A stretch of 64,000 bases of DNA from Ostrea edulis (GCF_947568905.1 NC_079166.1:78058001-78122000); one strand, 5' to 3'; positions 14,301 through 26,241 are shown, counted from the first letter of the stretch. Numbers and translations are program-made. The notes: generated from the sequence alone by a model not told the origin.

Positions 14301-17300
14301 AAAAAACTAATATAGATCAAGTAAAATGTTTCAACAAAATAAAATGTTTTACCTACCTACGTTACATAATTATTTTTTTGGGGGGGGGGGGTAAAATATT
14401 GTTCAAAACTGTATCACGTTCATGGCAAAATGACTGTCATTACAATTTGTAGAGATACCAAAAGCAAAACTTTCTAAATGTGAATAAATCGACACTAAAA
14501 CGAAGGCTGAAGTTATACATTGTACATGTTACATAGAAAATGAGCATCTGTCTGTTATTGGTGAAATTAGTTGAACAGTCTATTTATTAAGCGGTGCCAG
14601 TTTCACTTAAATGGTTCTCGGGGGGGGGGGGGGGGGGGTGACTATGTCGGCACATTTTAACGGAAGATTCATGGCGTCTAACAAAGTCATCTGATCTTCA
14701 GATTAACTTACACAGGAAGAGTGACGAGAAATCAAAGAAATTTAATGCTTATTATTGATCATTGCAACTCGTTACTTAAAATACACAAAAGATGCATACT
14801 CTTATCTCGTCCATCTAATTTTCATTCTCTTGCACTTTGTTTCCCTTAACAAAGAGACTGTTAGACAAATAAGATGGGTTTTTGGGGGGGGGTTTTTGGC
14901 CTAGATTCTATTTTTAGAATTAATTTCCATTCGTCTTCCAATACGATTACATTTCCTTAATGACATTTAGGGGACTGATTGTTTTAATATTATAATTAAC
15001 TATTCTATTTTTACCACTTTAACGATGTGAAATGTTTAAATCATCCTCAAAAATCTTAAAATAACAGTGAAATTATCGACCAAACATCTGCTGCATCCTA
15101 TTAATTAATTTAACAAACTGTTGTCAGCGCTACATGTATAATAACCATGCAATTTGCAAAGATTTAAAGTAACATTTCAAAGTCGTCAGTATATACGTAT
15201 GCATTTGATAATTATCGAATGTTCATTAATTAAAATGTTTTCATACAATTACAGTGTGGTTCGAAAGTAAGTTCTACGTATCCAACAGCATGTACAGGGC
15301 ATGTTCCTGATTCCTTTTGTTAGATACTGTATATATAGCTCTTAATTTGCATGTCTGATTTCATTTTAAGTTTGCTACTGTTGCATGGTTGATTGTACAT
15401 ATGTAGGTGTACTTCAATGTGATATTTTTTTTTCAAAAATAGTTAGCTAGTCAATCAATTTACTATCCAGAAATATTTTAACCTGTATCTGTTGAAGGTG
15501 AACGCCTTGTTTGCAGAATATAATAGCTAGAAAGCGTGCATAGCTTTGGAAATCTATTTTCCTACCCACCCACCCTCCTCCTAAATGGCTTAATATGTGT
15601 ACTTTGTTGCCTGGAACTACCTAAATGTACCATATGTCCATACAATATTTTATTAAGTATACTTTGTCGTTACCTGTAGTTCTCTGATCAGCAACTTACA
15701 TCTAATCACATTAACGTACGTCACAGAGGAATAACTTACATCTAATCACATTAATGTACGTCACAGAGGAATAACTTACATCTAATCACATTAACGTACG
15801 TCACAGAGGAATAACTTACATCTAATCACATTAACGTACGTCACAGAAGAAAAACTTATACATCTAATCACATTAACGTACGTCACAGAGGAAAAACTTA
15901 CATCTAATCACATTAACGTACGTCACAGAGGAATAACTTACATCTAATCACATTAATGTACGTCACAGAGGAATAACTTACATCTAATCACATTAACGTA
16001 CGTCACAGAGGAATAACTTACATCTAATCACATTAACGTACGTCACAGAGGAATAACTTACATCTAATCACATTAACGTGCGTCACAGAGGAATAACTTA
16101 CATCTAATCACATTAACGTACGTCACAGAGGAATAACTTACATCTAATCACATTAATGTACGTCACAGAGGAATAACTTACATCTAATCACATTAATGTA
16201 CGTCACAGAGGAATAACTTACATCTAATCACATTAACGTACGTCACAGAGGAATAACTTACATCTAATCACATTAACGTACGTCACAGAGGAATAACTTA
16301 ATCTAATCACATTAACGTACGTCACAGAGGAATAACTTAATCTAATCACATTAACATACGTGTGATTCAGCGTAGAATTATTTGCGGTGCATTTGTTGTA
16401 ATATGTTGTTGTTTTAGTTGCTCGTTGTGTGTTGCTTGTTGTGATAACCTTTGACCTTTGTGTTCGTGTGCAGTGCTAACTACCCTAAAGTATCTACGGA
16501 CACCTGCGTCCCTCTTCTTCCGATTCCTAAGAAACCAAGGTAGGTGTCCATTTTGACCTCACAATGTGGTAAGTAAATGGCGGCGTCCTGATTCTGGGAT
16601 TTTTTTTTTAATGTTGAAAAACCTTTCACAATATAGGATTTTCATATCTTAATTCTTTAACAATATCAGAAAGATTATTTATATAAATCCGTCAGAGAAA
16701 ATCGCAGGGCGTCAAGTTTCCTATCAATTCCTATATTTTGGAGTTATTCCTTTAAATTCCTATATTTTGGGGTTATTCCTTTAAATTTCTATATTTTGGG
16801 GTTATTCCTTTAAATTTCTATATTTCCACAAAAATTCCTATATTCCTGTGAAATTCCTATAAATTCTTATAATTTAGGGTAAGCAAGAAATGTTAGATTC
16901 TGAAGGAAAACCAGTTCTGTATATTACAAACAATTTGTGCCATCTGTTCGTAACTCTACAACACTTGCTTCAAAATTCACCTCTTTTAGGTGCAGCGACT
17001 CTACCCAGCCCAGCTATTCCAGCTTTACCTGCTGGGTTTGTTTTGTCAAACAGTCCTGCAGATGAAGCTGTCCCGTGTTCTAACAACTGTTTTGTTTCAG
17101 GTTGAGTTTTAACAAGACTTAGAATTTTATGTTAGCTTGCCAAATGTGTCATTTTGTTAATTGACATTATTTCATTGAAACAATGAAAGTTGTAATTTCT
17201 GTTAAATTGTAAATAAAAGGAGAGTGTAGCGAGTGGAGGGGGAGGCTTAAAAGTCCAGAAGTTCTTTGTTTTTCGTGTCCTATATATTCCTATATTTCTG

Positions 17301-18848
17301 AGAAAAAGGTGCTATATTTTTGAGGTATGTCCTATATTTTTTGGACCAAAATTCACTTGNNNNNNNNNNNNNNNNNNNNNNNNNNNNNNNNNNNNNNNNN
17401 NNNNNNNNNNNNNNNNNNNNNNNNNNNNNNNNNNNNNNNNNNNNNNNNNNNNNNNNNNNNNNNNNNNNNNNNNNNNNNNNNNNNNNNNNAGTTTCAATGA
17501 TATGTGTGATATCTCAACAATAAACATCACGATACGCAGAAGAATTCGGAGATTTGCTTTACACCAAAATAAGTATCGTATTAATTAAAGTCTTTTCACC
17601 AATCTCGTATAATTAAACGTCATTTCAGAAACGAATAAAATACAATTTTACATCGACTTCGTTTTTATTGAAAGCATCAATTTACTGACAAGGAAGTCGT
17701 GTACAAAATAAGCTAGATGTTAAGACGTGTTGTAATTTCCGGATGTCCTTGGGCTTCAGAGGTGGTAGAACATAAATAAAGTTTCCATTCACGATACACT
17801 TCTCTGTCGTCTTTCCTTACGTCACAATGGATTGCGCTTGTCCTCGCCCTTATCATCCAATCAGTTATCTAATTCCAGCAGTGCGCTGTTAAGTAATGGA
17901 CGTTTTATTTGATGTATAATTGAAAAACTCTTAGTAAAAAAAAATCTTGTAAAATACTTGTAGATCCCGTGCTTTCATGAATATTTCCTTTTAAGGTTAA
18001 TTGACCGCACTCTGTATAGATGTTTGTATCAGTGTAGTTACGCCATCATGCATTATAAATTTGCAATGAAAGTTGAATATAACTTGTATAACCTATCTTC
18101 AGTGAATCGTTAATCCAGAAAAGACGAGATGCAGCGCTCTGAAATGTCATCCAATCTTTTCGTATTTTGTGAGATTTCTCTTTTCTGTATCAAATTTTTA
18201 CTTATCTTACAAATTAATTGTTCAGTGAATATAGATAGATAGATAGATAGATGTAGATAGATAGATAGATAGATATAGTTGAACTTCTGTATTTCGAACA
18301 TCGATATCTCGAATACCATGGATATCGCGAAGGGAGTGAACAGTATATAACACAAGGGTTGCAATGAAATCTGAAATAAACATAACTGCCCAAAATGAAG
18401 AAATATGACACAGGGAAATTCACTATGTATGGATACCCCTGCAGGGGCTGAACTCACGACCTGCGAAACCAAATCTCCTAGCAGCATTCGACCAGCACGC
18501 TAGACCGCTCGACTATCTGTGTGCTTTATATTAGATATTTCTTCACATAGGGCATTTTTGCTTATTCAAGAGTTCATTGCAATCTTTGTGCTTTATAGAA
18601 TATTTCAAATGCAGAGTGTATCTCGCGTGATCCTCTTAAATTCACGTCGAATGACTATCCCATTTCCATTCTCGATGACCGATTAGTGTGTGACTGCATG
18701 GCAAGAATTCCATCGTCATCGAAAAAGCAAGTTTTCTGACGTGCCTAATGTTTAATGAATTTATATATACGTATATGAAGATTTCACATACATAGGAAAT
18801 CATCTGATTTCTTTTTTCTATATTTTTCCTATACCACGGACTTTTTTA

Positions 18849-18908
<60 letters not shown>

Positions 18909-19191
18909 GTGTAATCTGTAATGAGTATGTATTGATAACGGAGGTTCATGCATATAATAAGTGAAATAATGATGAAATATGAATTGATGATTGAAATGTA
19001 CATGCATTGTGACGTTGTGCTAATGGTTTTCGGGTTTGGTTTTTTTACTTTCCAGGGATACGTTCCGGGAGATGGACAAGCGTAGACAGATGTCGGAGGA
19101 GATTGACTCCGTGCGGGGATTAGAATCCTGGGAACCCGCTAAGCCAATTCACCAAGCTCTAATCCCGGAAGATCCCCCGGCCAAGAAATAA
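1545..19191 (+). CDS. SPATS1: Spermatogenesis-associated serine-rich protein 1-like, 6 exons, 5' incomplete: join(1545..1692,4110..4222,8152..8301,10250..10373,16474..16539,19056..19191)
   Basis: All introns are GT-AG and the phases chain correctly (start 1; then 2,1,1,2,2) into one open frame ending TAA at 19189-19191. The product contains VGLRCNFGGV, IDKRNGIP, GDKSY..EYS..FHKGGS.LP, DTCVPL.P and EEI..V..L..WEP. As I recall them, vertebrate SPATS1 has VGKQCFFNGV, IDPRNGIP, GDNPY..PEQS..FHKAGS.LP, DTFIPLEP and EI.EV..LDNW.P in the same order. Not database-checked. Confidence 0.88.
1688..1891 (+). repeat. 49-51-bp tandem repeat x4 containing the exon A splice donor
   Basis: accgagtaagtctatagaacatg... 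recurs at 1688, 1739, 1790 and 1839. Confidence 0.95.
2641..2859. mobile_element. MITE of about 220 bp with about 30-bp TIRs (PIF/Harbinger-like)
   Basis: Left ggccctattcacaaaatatcttacgactaag; right cttagttgcaagatattttgtgaataagggcc. It interrupts ggcac|ctgatccc of the host element. Flanks CAG/CTG are compatible with a CWG target, but the boundary is ambiguous by 1 nt. Confidence 0.8.
2860..3600 (+). repeat. 39-bp minisatellite (ctgatcccacctctggtgtgtccaggggtccgtgtttgt), about 19 copies, derived from the Penelope-like 3' region
   Basis: The unit matches the single-copy segment at about 60912-60950. Confidence 0.93.
3884..4105. repeat. 24-bp minisatellite with two alternating variants, abutting the exon B acceptor
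   Basis: gttgttgatatatctaataatttg / gttgttgatatatctgatgacttt, about 9 copies. Confidence 0.93.
4110..4222 (+). CDS. SPATS1: SPATS1-like exon B (NGPDWKSKLKYIPDPENPKYPAAEIFENNWKAMRPYP)
   Basis: Acceptor ttgacag, donor gtaagt; phases 2/1. Confidence 0.85.
4241..4880. repeat. 40-bp minisatellite (gtcatgggacttatcatagccttagcaagctaagaaatta), about 16 copies
   Basis: Direct periodicity; internal inverted repeat CTTAGC-AA-GCTAAG. Confidence 0.95.
5369..6848. mobile_element. Tc1/mariner-pogo-type MITE with an amplified left subterminal repeat and an amplified right terminus
   Basis: Left TA|CAGTCTAGTCCAGTTATA versus right TATATCTGGAGTAGACTG|TA (reverse complement CAGTCTACTCCAGATATA); TA flanks. Confidence 0.7.
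5381..5690. repeat. 32-bp tandem repeat (ttgaagtcatttatattgaactatttgttaca), about 9 copies
   Basis: Direct periodicity. Confidence 0.88.
5750..6850. repeat. 55-bp minisatellite, about 20 copies; each unit ends in the MITE right TIR plus TA
   Basis: ataatgaactattcaggtcggtcccctgaatgtcagtatatctggagtagactgt; internal stem ATTCAGG/CCTGAAT. Confidence 0.95.
6957..7371. mobile_element. PIF/Harbinger-type MITE with about 48-bp near-perfect TIRs
   Basis: GGGGTCATCCATAATTGTCAACCATTTTCCAAAG...CTTTGGAAAATGGTTGACAATTATGGATGACCCC; flanks TTA/TTG. Confidence 0.85.
7960..8038. repeat. (TA)n microsatellite
   Basis: Direct. Confidence 0.95.
8152..8301 (+). CDS. SPATS1: SPATS1-like exon C (HTYLRTRKEWLLDPGLTKVGLRCNFGGVHKATNTSSDEITHRMLFGQGRN)
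   Basis: Acceptor ttttgttag, donor gtaggt; phases 1/1. Confidence 0.88.
8307..8363. repeat. (CT)n microsatellite directly after the exon C donor
   Basis: Direct. Confidence 0.95.
8976..9485. repeat. 35-bp GC-rich minisatellite (acaggacggcagtaccccgggggacgctactaatt), about 15 copies
   Basis: Direct periodicity; two shortened units. Confidence 0.95.
9823..9963. other. Assembly gap (141 N)
   Basis: N run. Confidence 1.
10250..10373 (+). CDS. SPATS1: SPATS1-like exon D (ETIIDKRNGIPYASEGDKSYQAVEYSPSFHKGGSHLPPPQFG)
   Basis: Acceptor cttttccag, donor gtgagt; carries the most conserved SPATS1-type block. Confidence 0.9.
11788..11847 (-). mobile_element. Degenerate tRNA-derived SINE head or tRNA pseudogene
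   Basis: Reverse complement ggcggtagctcaaccggtcgaacgctc...gtcgtggttctaac has A-box- and B-box-like motifs. Confidence 0.4.
12530..12730. repeat. Degenerate 22-24-bp tandem repeat (gtatacaaatgtagaggtacaggt)
   Basis: Direct periodicity. Confidence 0.85.
13304..13558. repeat. 44-bp tandem repeat x6
   Basis: aacttaatgtcattgacaggttttatgaattaacagttatacaa. Confidence 0.93.
15693..16337. repeat. 40-bp minisatellite (aacttacatctaatcacattaacgtacgtcacagaggaat), about 16 copies
   Basis: Direct periodicity; ends about 135 bp upstream of exon E. Confidence 0.95.
16474..16539 (+). CDS. SPATS1: SPATS1-like exon E (ANYPKVSTDTCVPLLPIPKKP)
   Basis: Acceptor gtgtgcag, donor gtaggt; phases 2/2. Confidence 0.82.
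16705..17359. mobile_element. Probable non-autonomous DNA transposon whose right end falls in the gap
   Basis: Left CAGGGCGTCAAGT; the sequence before the N run ends CACTTG, the expected start of the inverted terminus; ttcctatatt subrepeats at both ends. Confidence 0.45.
17360..17489. other. Assembly gap (130 N)
   Basis: N run. Confidence 1.
18437..18518 (-). mobile_element. tRNA-derived SINE head (same family as 42395-42487)
   Basis: Reverse complement tagtcgagcggtctagcgtgctgg...gcaggtcgtgagttcagcccc; A and B boxes. Confidence 0.6.
18853..18906. repeat. (TA)n microsatellite
   Basis: Direct. Confidence 0.95.
19056..19191 (+). CDS. SPATS1: SPATS1-like terminal exon F (RDTFREMDKRRQMSEEIDSVRGLESWEPAKPIHQALIPEDPPAKK*)
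   Basis: Acceptor ttttactttccag, in-frame TAA; EEI..V..L..W.P motif. Confidence 0.88.
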
Positions 19192-19992
19192 ACAACTGTC
19201 AGCTGATACCGGGGGCCGGACGCTTCCCGTCAAATTTGCCTTCATCAGCGATTTTTGTTGTCCGCCTAATAAGTTTCTTCCATTTTAGACATGCTAATAG
19301 CAATGCATTATGTTTTATCAGAAGTTTCTTCTTTGTCACTACTTTGATTCAAATCTTGATGTGAAATAACGTCGAAAAACTGAAACTCTGTTCTTATTTT
19401 CATGTACATTTATAATCTTAGAATTTTGTGATGTCACTATTGAGTGAAATTGGACTACATTTTTGTATCTAGTATCAAGATGACCTGATTCGGAAATATT
19501 TCTGATTTTGAAGCGTCCACATATGGTGGGGTCTATATCTTACCACACACAATGTATCCTTTTATTATATATTTACCTTAACATACGCATTAATTCCTAA
19601 CGTATGACCTTACAAGAATCAGTATTATGTATTTTGTACTCTGTAGTAGCCCAATAATGACAATGGACTGCCAAAGCGACACTAGTTATTTATCAGGGCG
19701 TACCACAGGTTTTTTTTCTTCTTACATATAATGTTGTTTAAGACTAACTTTATGACCACCAACCATAGAAGTAGTCTGGTAATGTTTTGCAATCAGTGAA
19801 AAGCATAATAATTTTTCTTGTTTTAGCATTTGGGGGGGGGGATTCTCTGTTTTATTAATCAATGAAACGCTCAGTTACGCAGTTGTTGGTTATACGCTCA
19901 GTTACAATAAATAGTTCACAGATTTGTTGGGGAAAATGTCCCAAAATTGTTTAAGCTGTAAGAATTCTGCTATTTTAGAATCTTAAGGAAGA

Positions 19993-20542
19993 TATTTATC
20001 TGACATCTTAAGTTACGGTAAATATTTATCTGACATCTTAAGTTACGGTGTATTTATCTGACATCTTAAGTTACGGTGTATTTATCTGACATCTTAAGTT
20101 ACGGTGTATTTATCTGACATCTTAAGTTAGGGTGTATTTATCTGACATCTTAAGTTACGGTATATTTATCTGATATTTTAAGTTACGGTGTATTTATCTG
20201 ACATCTTAAGTTACGGTGTATTTATCTGACATCTTAAGTTAGGGTGTATTTATCTGACATCTTAAGTTACGGTATATTTATCTGATATCTTAAGTTACGG
20301 TGTATTTATCTGACATCTTAAGTTACGGTGTATTTATCTGATATCTTAAAAGTTACGGTGTATTTATCTGACATCTTAAGTTACGGTGTATATATCTGAC
20401 ATATTAAGTTACGGTGTATTTATCTGACATCTTAAGTTACGGTGTATTTATCTGACATTTTAAGTTACGGAGTATTTATCTGACATCTTAAGTTACGGTA
20501 TATTTATCTGACATTTTAAGTTACGGTGTATTTATCTGACAT
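19993..20542. repeat. 28-bp minisatellite (atttatctgacatcttaagttacggtgt), about 20 copies
   Basis: Direct periodicity. Confidence 0.95.
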
Positions 20543-22108
20543 CGAGTCGAGAAAATATAACTATGGTGTATATTTAATGTATTGTTTTTCCGTCCATTTA
20601 CAGACAAATGTCATGTATCATATTTCTTTATGCACTTTTTGTGTACGTGTTCTGTCAATATTAATTGGGAAATAAAACTTTCAAAGTAACAGAGTATTAA
20701 ATGCAGAATATGCCTCCGCCATTTCATTGATGAAGAGGGATGTTGTTATTATCTATTGTTGCACTGTTTTGGGAATGTTAAATGTGTGTATATTTTTATT
20801 CTTTTTATATATTTTATGTATATTTTCTTTACACAGATTGAATTATTTTTTATACAGTTACATGTATTATAGAATTTTCCATGACAAACTCAGTAGATGT
20901 TGTCAGTATTGCTCAAACAGTATTTTTAATATTTTCGTTGAACACCAAATTTTCCCTGCTTTTGTGTTTGTGCCCGCCCTCGAAATCATGTAGTTAACTA
21001 TATACAACGCGTACCCATAGAGAAAGGACATCAAGTCACTTTCCATCAAATTAGATAACAAAAACGTATTCGTTTGTTTTAATTTTTTATCATTAATTGA
21101 TTTTATAAATCCGCGACATTTGATGTTCGCTAAAAGACACCACAGAATTGGTTGGAAAACAATTATTTGACTTGTTACGCGTTTATTTCCGTCAATGATA
21201 ATTAAGACTAACAAGATTTTATCATCATAGTAAAGATGTGTTTGCTTCCTTTTAGATCTGTAATGGATGTTTTGCAAAATGATATATATTATACCTGTAT
21301 TGAACATTCACGAATCCCCGTATAGTGCAGTGAGAAATTGAAGCCAAAAATTAACACAGCATTTTCTATTATTACCAAAGCTTTTAAAAGCATAAAAACA
21401 TTTTTCTTCATTATTTTGTTAGAAGTTTTGCACAGTGTGATTATATATGATGGGTATTTGATTTACATTGTATTCATAATTATACTAAAATTTGTTGGAG
21501 CAGAAAAATTCACTTCACGTGTATGTATAGTTGTAAAAATCATGAAATTTTAATCTTGTAATGTTATTCACTATGAACAAATCTGTGATCCGAATCCTCC
21601 ATGTTCAAGAAATAAAATCAATCTTAACAAAATGCAGGTCTTTGCCTCTTTTGTTTCTTCGTATGTCTCTTGAATTTTATCTATGTAAAACTCTGTCTGT
21701 CATCAAGGTTAAACTTCATCTTCATAAAGACCACGGAGATTTTGATTGGTTCCTAAACTATGCAATTATTTCATAATTGTTGCTTTCTTCTTGCAACAAA
21801 TGCAGAAAGTTATATGTACATGTAATTATGCTTTAATATGTTTGCATGGTACGTCTCGGCTACATCTACATATGTATATCTACATCAGTAAAACTTCACA
21901 CTTCATATAGCGTTATTAGGACTATGGGTACATATGTACATGTAGTATGATTTTTATTTATGTTAAAGTTATTTTTAACCGGTTGCGCTGACTCGGTGGT
22001 TAGCGCGATATTTTTGTTACTAGGAAGTTGTGGGATCGAAACCAGTTCGTTCCTTGGCTATGTCAAACCTTGGCGTTAGTCGTACTGCATCGTATGATTA
22101 TAGTAAAC

Positions 22109-23041
22109 ACTCAATCGTACGATTTATAGCGAATACTCAACTGTACGATTTATAGCGAGTATTCAATCGTACGATTTATAGCGAGTACTCAATCGTACGA
22201 TTTATAGCGAGTACTCAATCGTACGATTTATAGCGAGTACTCAATCGTACGATTTATAGCGAGTACTCAATCGTACGATTTATAGCGAGTACTCATTTGC
22301 ACGATTTATCGCGAGTATTCAATCGTACGATTTATAGCGAATACTCAACTGTACGATTTATAGCGAGTACTCAATCGTACGATTTATAGCGAGTACTCAT
22401 TTGCACGATTTATCGCGAGTACTCAATCGTACGATTTATAGCGAGTGCTCATTTGCACGATTTATCGCGAGTATTCAATCGTACGATTTATAGCGAATAC
22501 TCAACTGTACGATTTATCGCGAGTATTCAATCGTACGATTTATAGCGAGTACTCATTTGCACGATTTATCGCGAGTATTCAATCGTACGATTTATAGCGA
22601 GTACTCATTTGCACGATTTATCGCGAGTATTCAATCGTACGATTTATAGCGAATACTCAACTGTACGATTTATAGCGAGTATTCAATCGTACGATTTATA
22701 GCGAGTACTCATTTGCACGATTTATCGCGAGTATTCAATCGTACGATTTATAGCGAATACTCAACTGTACGATTTATAGCGAGTATTCAATCGTTCGATT
22801 TATAGCGAGTACTCAATCGTACGATTTATAGCGAGTACTCATTTGCACGATTTATCGCGAGTATTCAATCGTACGATTTATAGCGAGTACTCAATCGTAC
22901 GATTTATAGCGAGTACTCATTTGCACGATTTATCGCGAGTATTCAATCGTACGATTTATAGCGAGTATTCAATCGTACGATTTATCGCGAGTATTCAATC
23001 GTACGATTTATCGCGAGTATTCAATCGTACGATTTATAGCA
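22109..23041. repeat. 26-bp CpG-rich palindromic minisatellite (actcaatcgtacgatttatagcgagt), about 36 copies with recurring variants
   Basis: Direct periodicity; AATCGTACGATT palindrome. Confidence 0.95.
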
Positions 23042-23117
23042 GTTAATCATGTGAATGGTGGCAGCGACTAGTTGAGTAAACAATCTGAGTGACTTGTGAT
23101 TCCACAATTCCCCCTTA

Positions 23118-23243
23118 TTAGCTCACCTGAACCGAAGGTTCAAGTGAGCTTTTCTGATCGCTTTTTGTCCGTCGTCTGTCTGTCTGTTTGTCCGTCTGTC
23201 TGTCTGTCCGTTTGTCTGTCTGTTAAACTTTTCATATTTTCGA

Positions 23244-23281
<38 letters not shown>

Positions 23282-24181
23282 ATGGCCAAAAGCATCCTTG
23301 GGTGAAGGGCTTTCAAGTTTGTTCAAATGAAGGGCCATGTCTCTTTCAAAGGGGAGATAATCACAAAAATAGGGTGAGGTCATTTAAAAATCTTCTTCTC
23401 AAGAACCACTAAGCCAGAAAAGCTGAGATTTACATGAAAGCTTCCTGACATAATGCAGATTCAAGTTTGTTCAAATTATGGGCCCGGGGGTTGGATGGGG
23501 CCACAATAGGGGATCAAAGTTTTACATACAAATATATAGGAAAAATCTTCTCAAGAATCACTAAGCCAGAAAAGCTGATTTTTACATGAAAACTTCCTGA
23601 CATAATGCAGATTCAAGTTTGTTCAAATCATAGGCTCCGGGGGTTGGATGCCCGGGGCCACAAGGGGGATCAAAGTTTTACATACAAATATATAGGAAAA
23701 ATCTTCTCAAGAACTACTGAGCCAGAAAAGCTGATTTTTACATGAAAACTTTCTGACATAGTGCAGATTCAAGTTTGTTCAAATCATGGCCCCCGGGGGT
23801 AGGATGGGGTCACAAGGGGGGGGGGGTCAAAGTTTTACATACAAATATATAGTTAAAATCTTTTTCTCAATAACCACTGAGTCAGAAAAGCTAATGTTTA
23901 CAAGAAAACTTTCTGACATAGTGCAGATTCAAGTTTGTTCAAATCATGCCCCCCCCCCCCCCCGGCCACAAGTGGGGGGGGGTCAAAGTTTTACATACAA
24001 ATATAGGAAAAAGCTTTAAAAATCTTCTCAAGAACCATTGGGCCAAAGAAGTTGACATTTACATGAAAGCTTTCTGACATAGTGTAAATTCAAGTTTGCA
24101 AAGAGTAGTTTGGGCCATAATAGGGACTAAGGTTTTACATGCAAATATATATGGAAAGTCTTCAGATATGGGCCAAGGTGA

Positions 24182-24215
<34 letters not shown>
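23118..24215 (+). mobile_element. Non-autonomous Helentron (HINE) with Cg170-like central repeats
   Basis: 5' TTAGCTCACCTG, (GTCT)n microsatellite, about five 150-160-bp central repeats, 3' CAGGTGAGCGA, GGCCCATGGGCC palindrome and CTTGTT. Confidence 0.9.
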
Positions 24216-24219
<4 letters not shown>

Positions 24220-25273
24220 CGTCCCTCATTAAGACCTATCACAGACAGGTCGCTCTGAAGTTTTCATATACTCGTTAACAGTCCGCCATGTCACCCAGAA
24301 AAAGCTGGCTGAATAAGACTATAAAGAACCGGACATTTCTCTAGATCCTGAACCGTCCTGGTATAGAATGAGGCAACAACGGATCCATCATTTAAGGAGG
24401 TATACACTACATCGTTATAATGGCTGACTTCCTTCTTAAAACGTGAATGAAAATATAAATATCAGCAATATTTGTCTATTCCTTTCAAATTCCATTGCCT
24501 AGTTGAGTAGGTCAGCATGTCGACTGCTGATAAAAGAGAAAAAAAGCACGACGACTGCTGAACTTTAGATCGCGGGTTAAAGTCCTGCAGCCTTTTATTT
24601 ATTTTTATTTTTTTTTTAGACTTTTCTACAAAAAAAAACTTGCAGTTTTTAACTACGTAAGATTAAAAGTTTTCAATTTCAAAATATTACTGTACATATC
24701 CACCACTATTCATCCATACTGAATTTCTCTGGTTTGGTATGGCACCGGTTTCGTCGTCGAGAATTGCGGCAACGATACCCGACTATTATTTACTTACTTA
24801 ATCCACTTTGTCCCATGGGGGACATAGGGCAACCACGGTAGCTTTCCACTTTTTTCTGTCTTGGGCTATTCTTTTGGTTTCTCTCCATGTTTTATTGATG
24901 GCCTGTATCTTTGCATTGATGCTTCTACGTCAAGTGTTTTTCGGTCTGCCTCTCTTACGTTTGCCTTGTGGATTCCATTCTAGAGCTTGTTTAGTTATGT
25001 TGGTGTTAGGTTTTCTTAAGGTGTGTCCAATCCACTTCCATCTTCTTGTTCTAATTGTTATCTCAATTGGTTCTTTTCCACAGTTCTTTGTTGCTAATCG
25101 TATCTGGCCACCTCACACCAAGGATGTTTCTTAGGCAGCGGTTTAAGAAGACTTGGGGTGTCTCGATGGATGCTGATGTTTCTCTCCAAGTTTCGGACTC
25201 CTAGAGAAGGACAGATTTGACATTAGAGTTGAAAACCCTTAGTTTGGTACTAGTTCTCAAGGTGGTGCTTCTC

Positions 25274-25297
25274 TAGCTGCAATAATGTAGCCCTCTC

Positions 25298-25328
<31 letters not shown>

Positions 25329-26111
25329 AGGGAGAGGGCTACAACTCCTTAGGATCTCCGTAATGGTGCAAATGCGGGAGTGATTCACTCCCGCAACATT
25401 TGGGCTCATTCTAAACTTTTCCTGACTTTCTTTACGTAAATAAAATGATATTCTATGTTTCTTAGTCAATATATAAATTTACAACTTGCATCTTTAGATT
25501 TGTGAGGCTCTATTCTACCGTTTTCAACAATTTCGATAAATTCCAATTTCTCGATTCATATTTGTGCGCCATGTTTGATGTACTGAAGTTTCAACTTCCG
25601 GTTGTCAAGTCATTTGCATATGCCATATAAGGTAGTATTTACATCAATGGACAAGTATGGAGGCGAAAGCTATTTCGTCGGTATTGAAAAGGTTTGAATT
25701 TAATATCAAGTTAAAAACCGAACAGCAGAGTGTAAATTCTTTCTGCAACAATACGATTTTCCTTTCTTTGTCGAAGTGGCTCGAGTAACTACATTTTCGC
25801 GCTGATTGTCAATGTTTAGGCCTTTCATTAGATCCACCTACGAGATCTCGCGATAACAAGCATGGCGGAGCAGACGAAGAATTTTGCATGCTGTACATTA
25901 TATTTAATGAAAAACACCTTTATTAGACATGCCCGAGCACAAAGTTGGTACTCCTTTTGGTGTAAACAACATTTGGGACTAATACACAGAGTTTATTATC
26001 GATTATTCATAAAATTATTTTGCACCATTACGGAGATCCTATGGAATTGTAGCCCTATCCCGAAAACGTCAGAATAAAAAAAAATTGGATAGGACTACAT
26101 TATTGCAGCTA
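25274..26111. mobile_element. 838-bp non-autonomous DNA transposon with a 9-bp TSD (MULE-like)
   Basis: TSD GTGCTTCTC at 25265-25273 and 26112-26120. TIR TAGCTGCAATAATGTAG(C/T)CCT, plus an inner inverted block agggctacaa.tcc.taggatctccgtaatggtgcaaa. Removing it restores the LINE frame AFVMLKPVWRSTTLRTSTKLRVFNSNVK. Confidence 0.92.
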
Positions 26112-26241
26112 GTGCTTCTCCAAACTGGTTTTAGCATGACAAAGGCTTGTTGAGCTTTCCTTTTCCGAGCTTTTATGTCTTCGTCGGTTCCACCTGTAGT
26201 GCTGATGATACTGCCCAGGTATGTGAATTCTTCTATATTTT

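Noticed and set aside
22109-23041. Palindromic repeats suggestive of a CRISPR array (also 5750-6850 and 4241-4880)
   Set aside because: Units are contiguous with no unique spacers, there are no cas genes, and the context is eukaryotic
24808-25134. 108-aa hydrophobic + strand ORF
   Set aside because: Antisense shadow of the RTE C-terminal coding region
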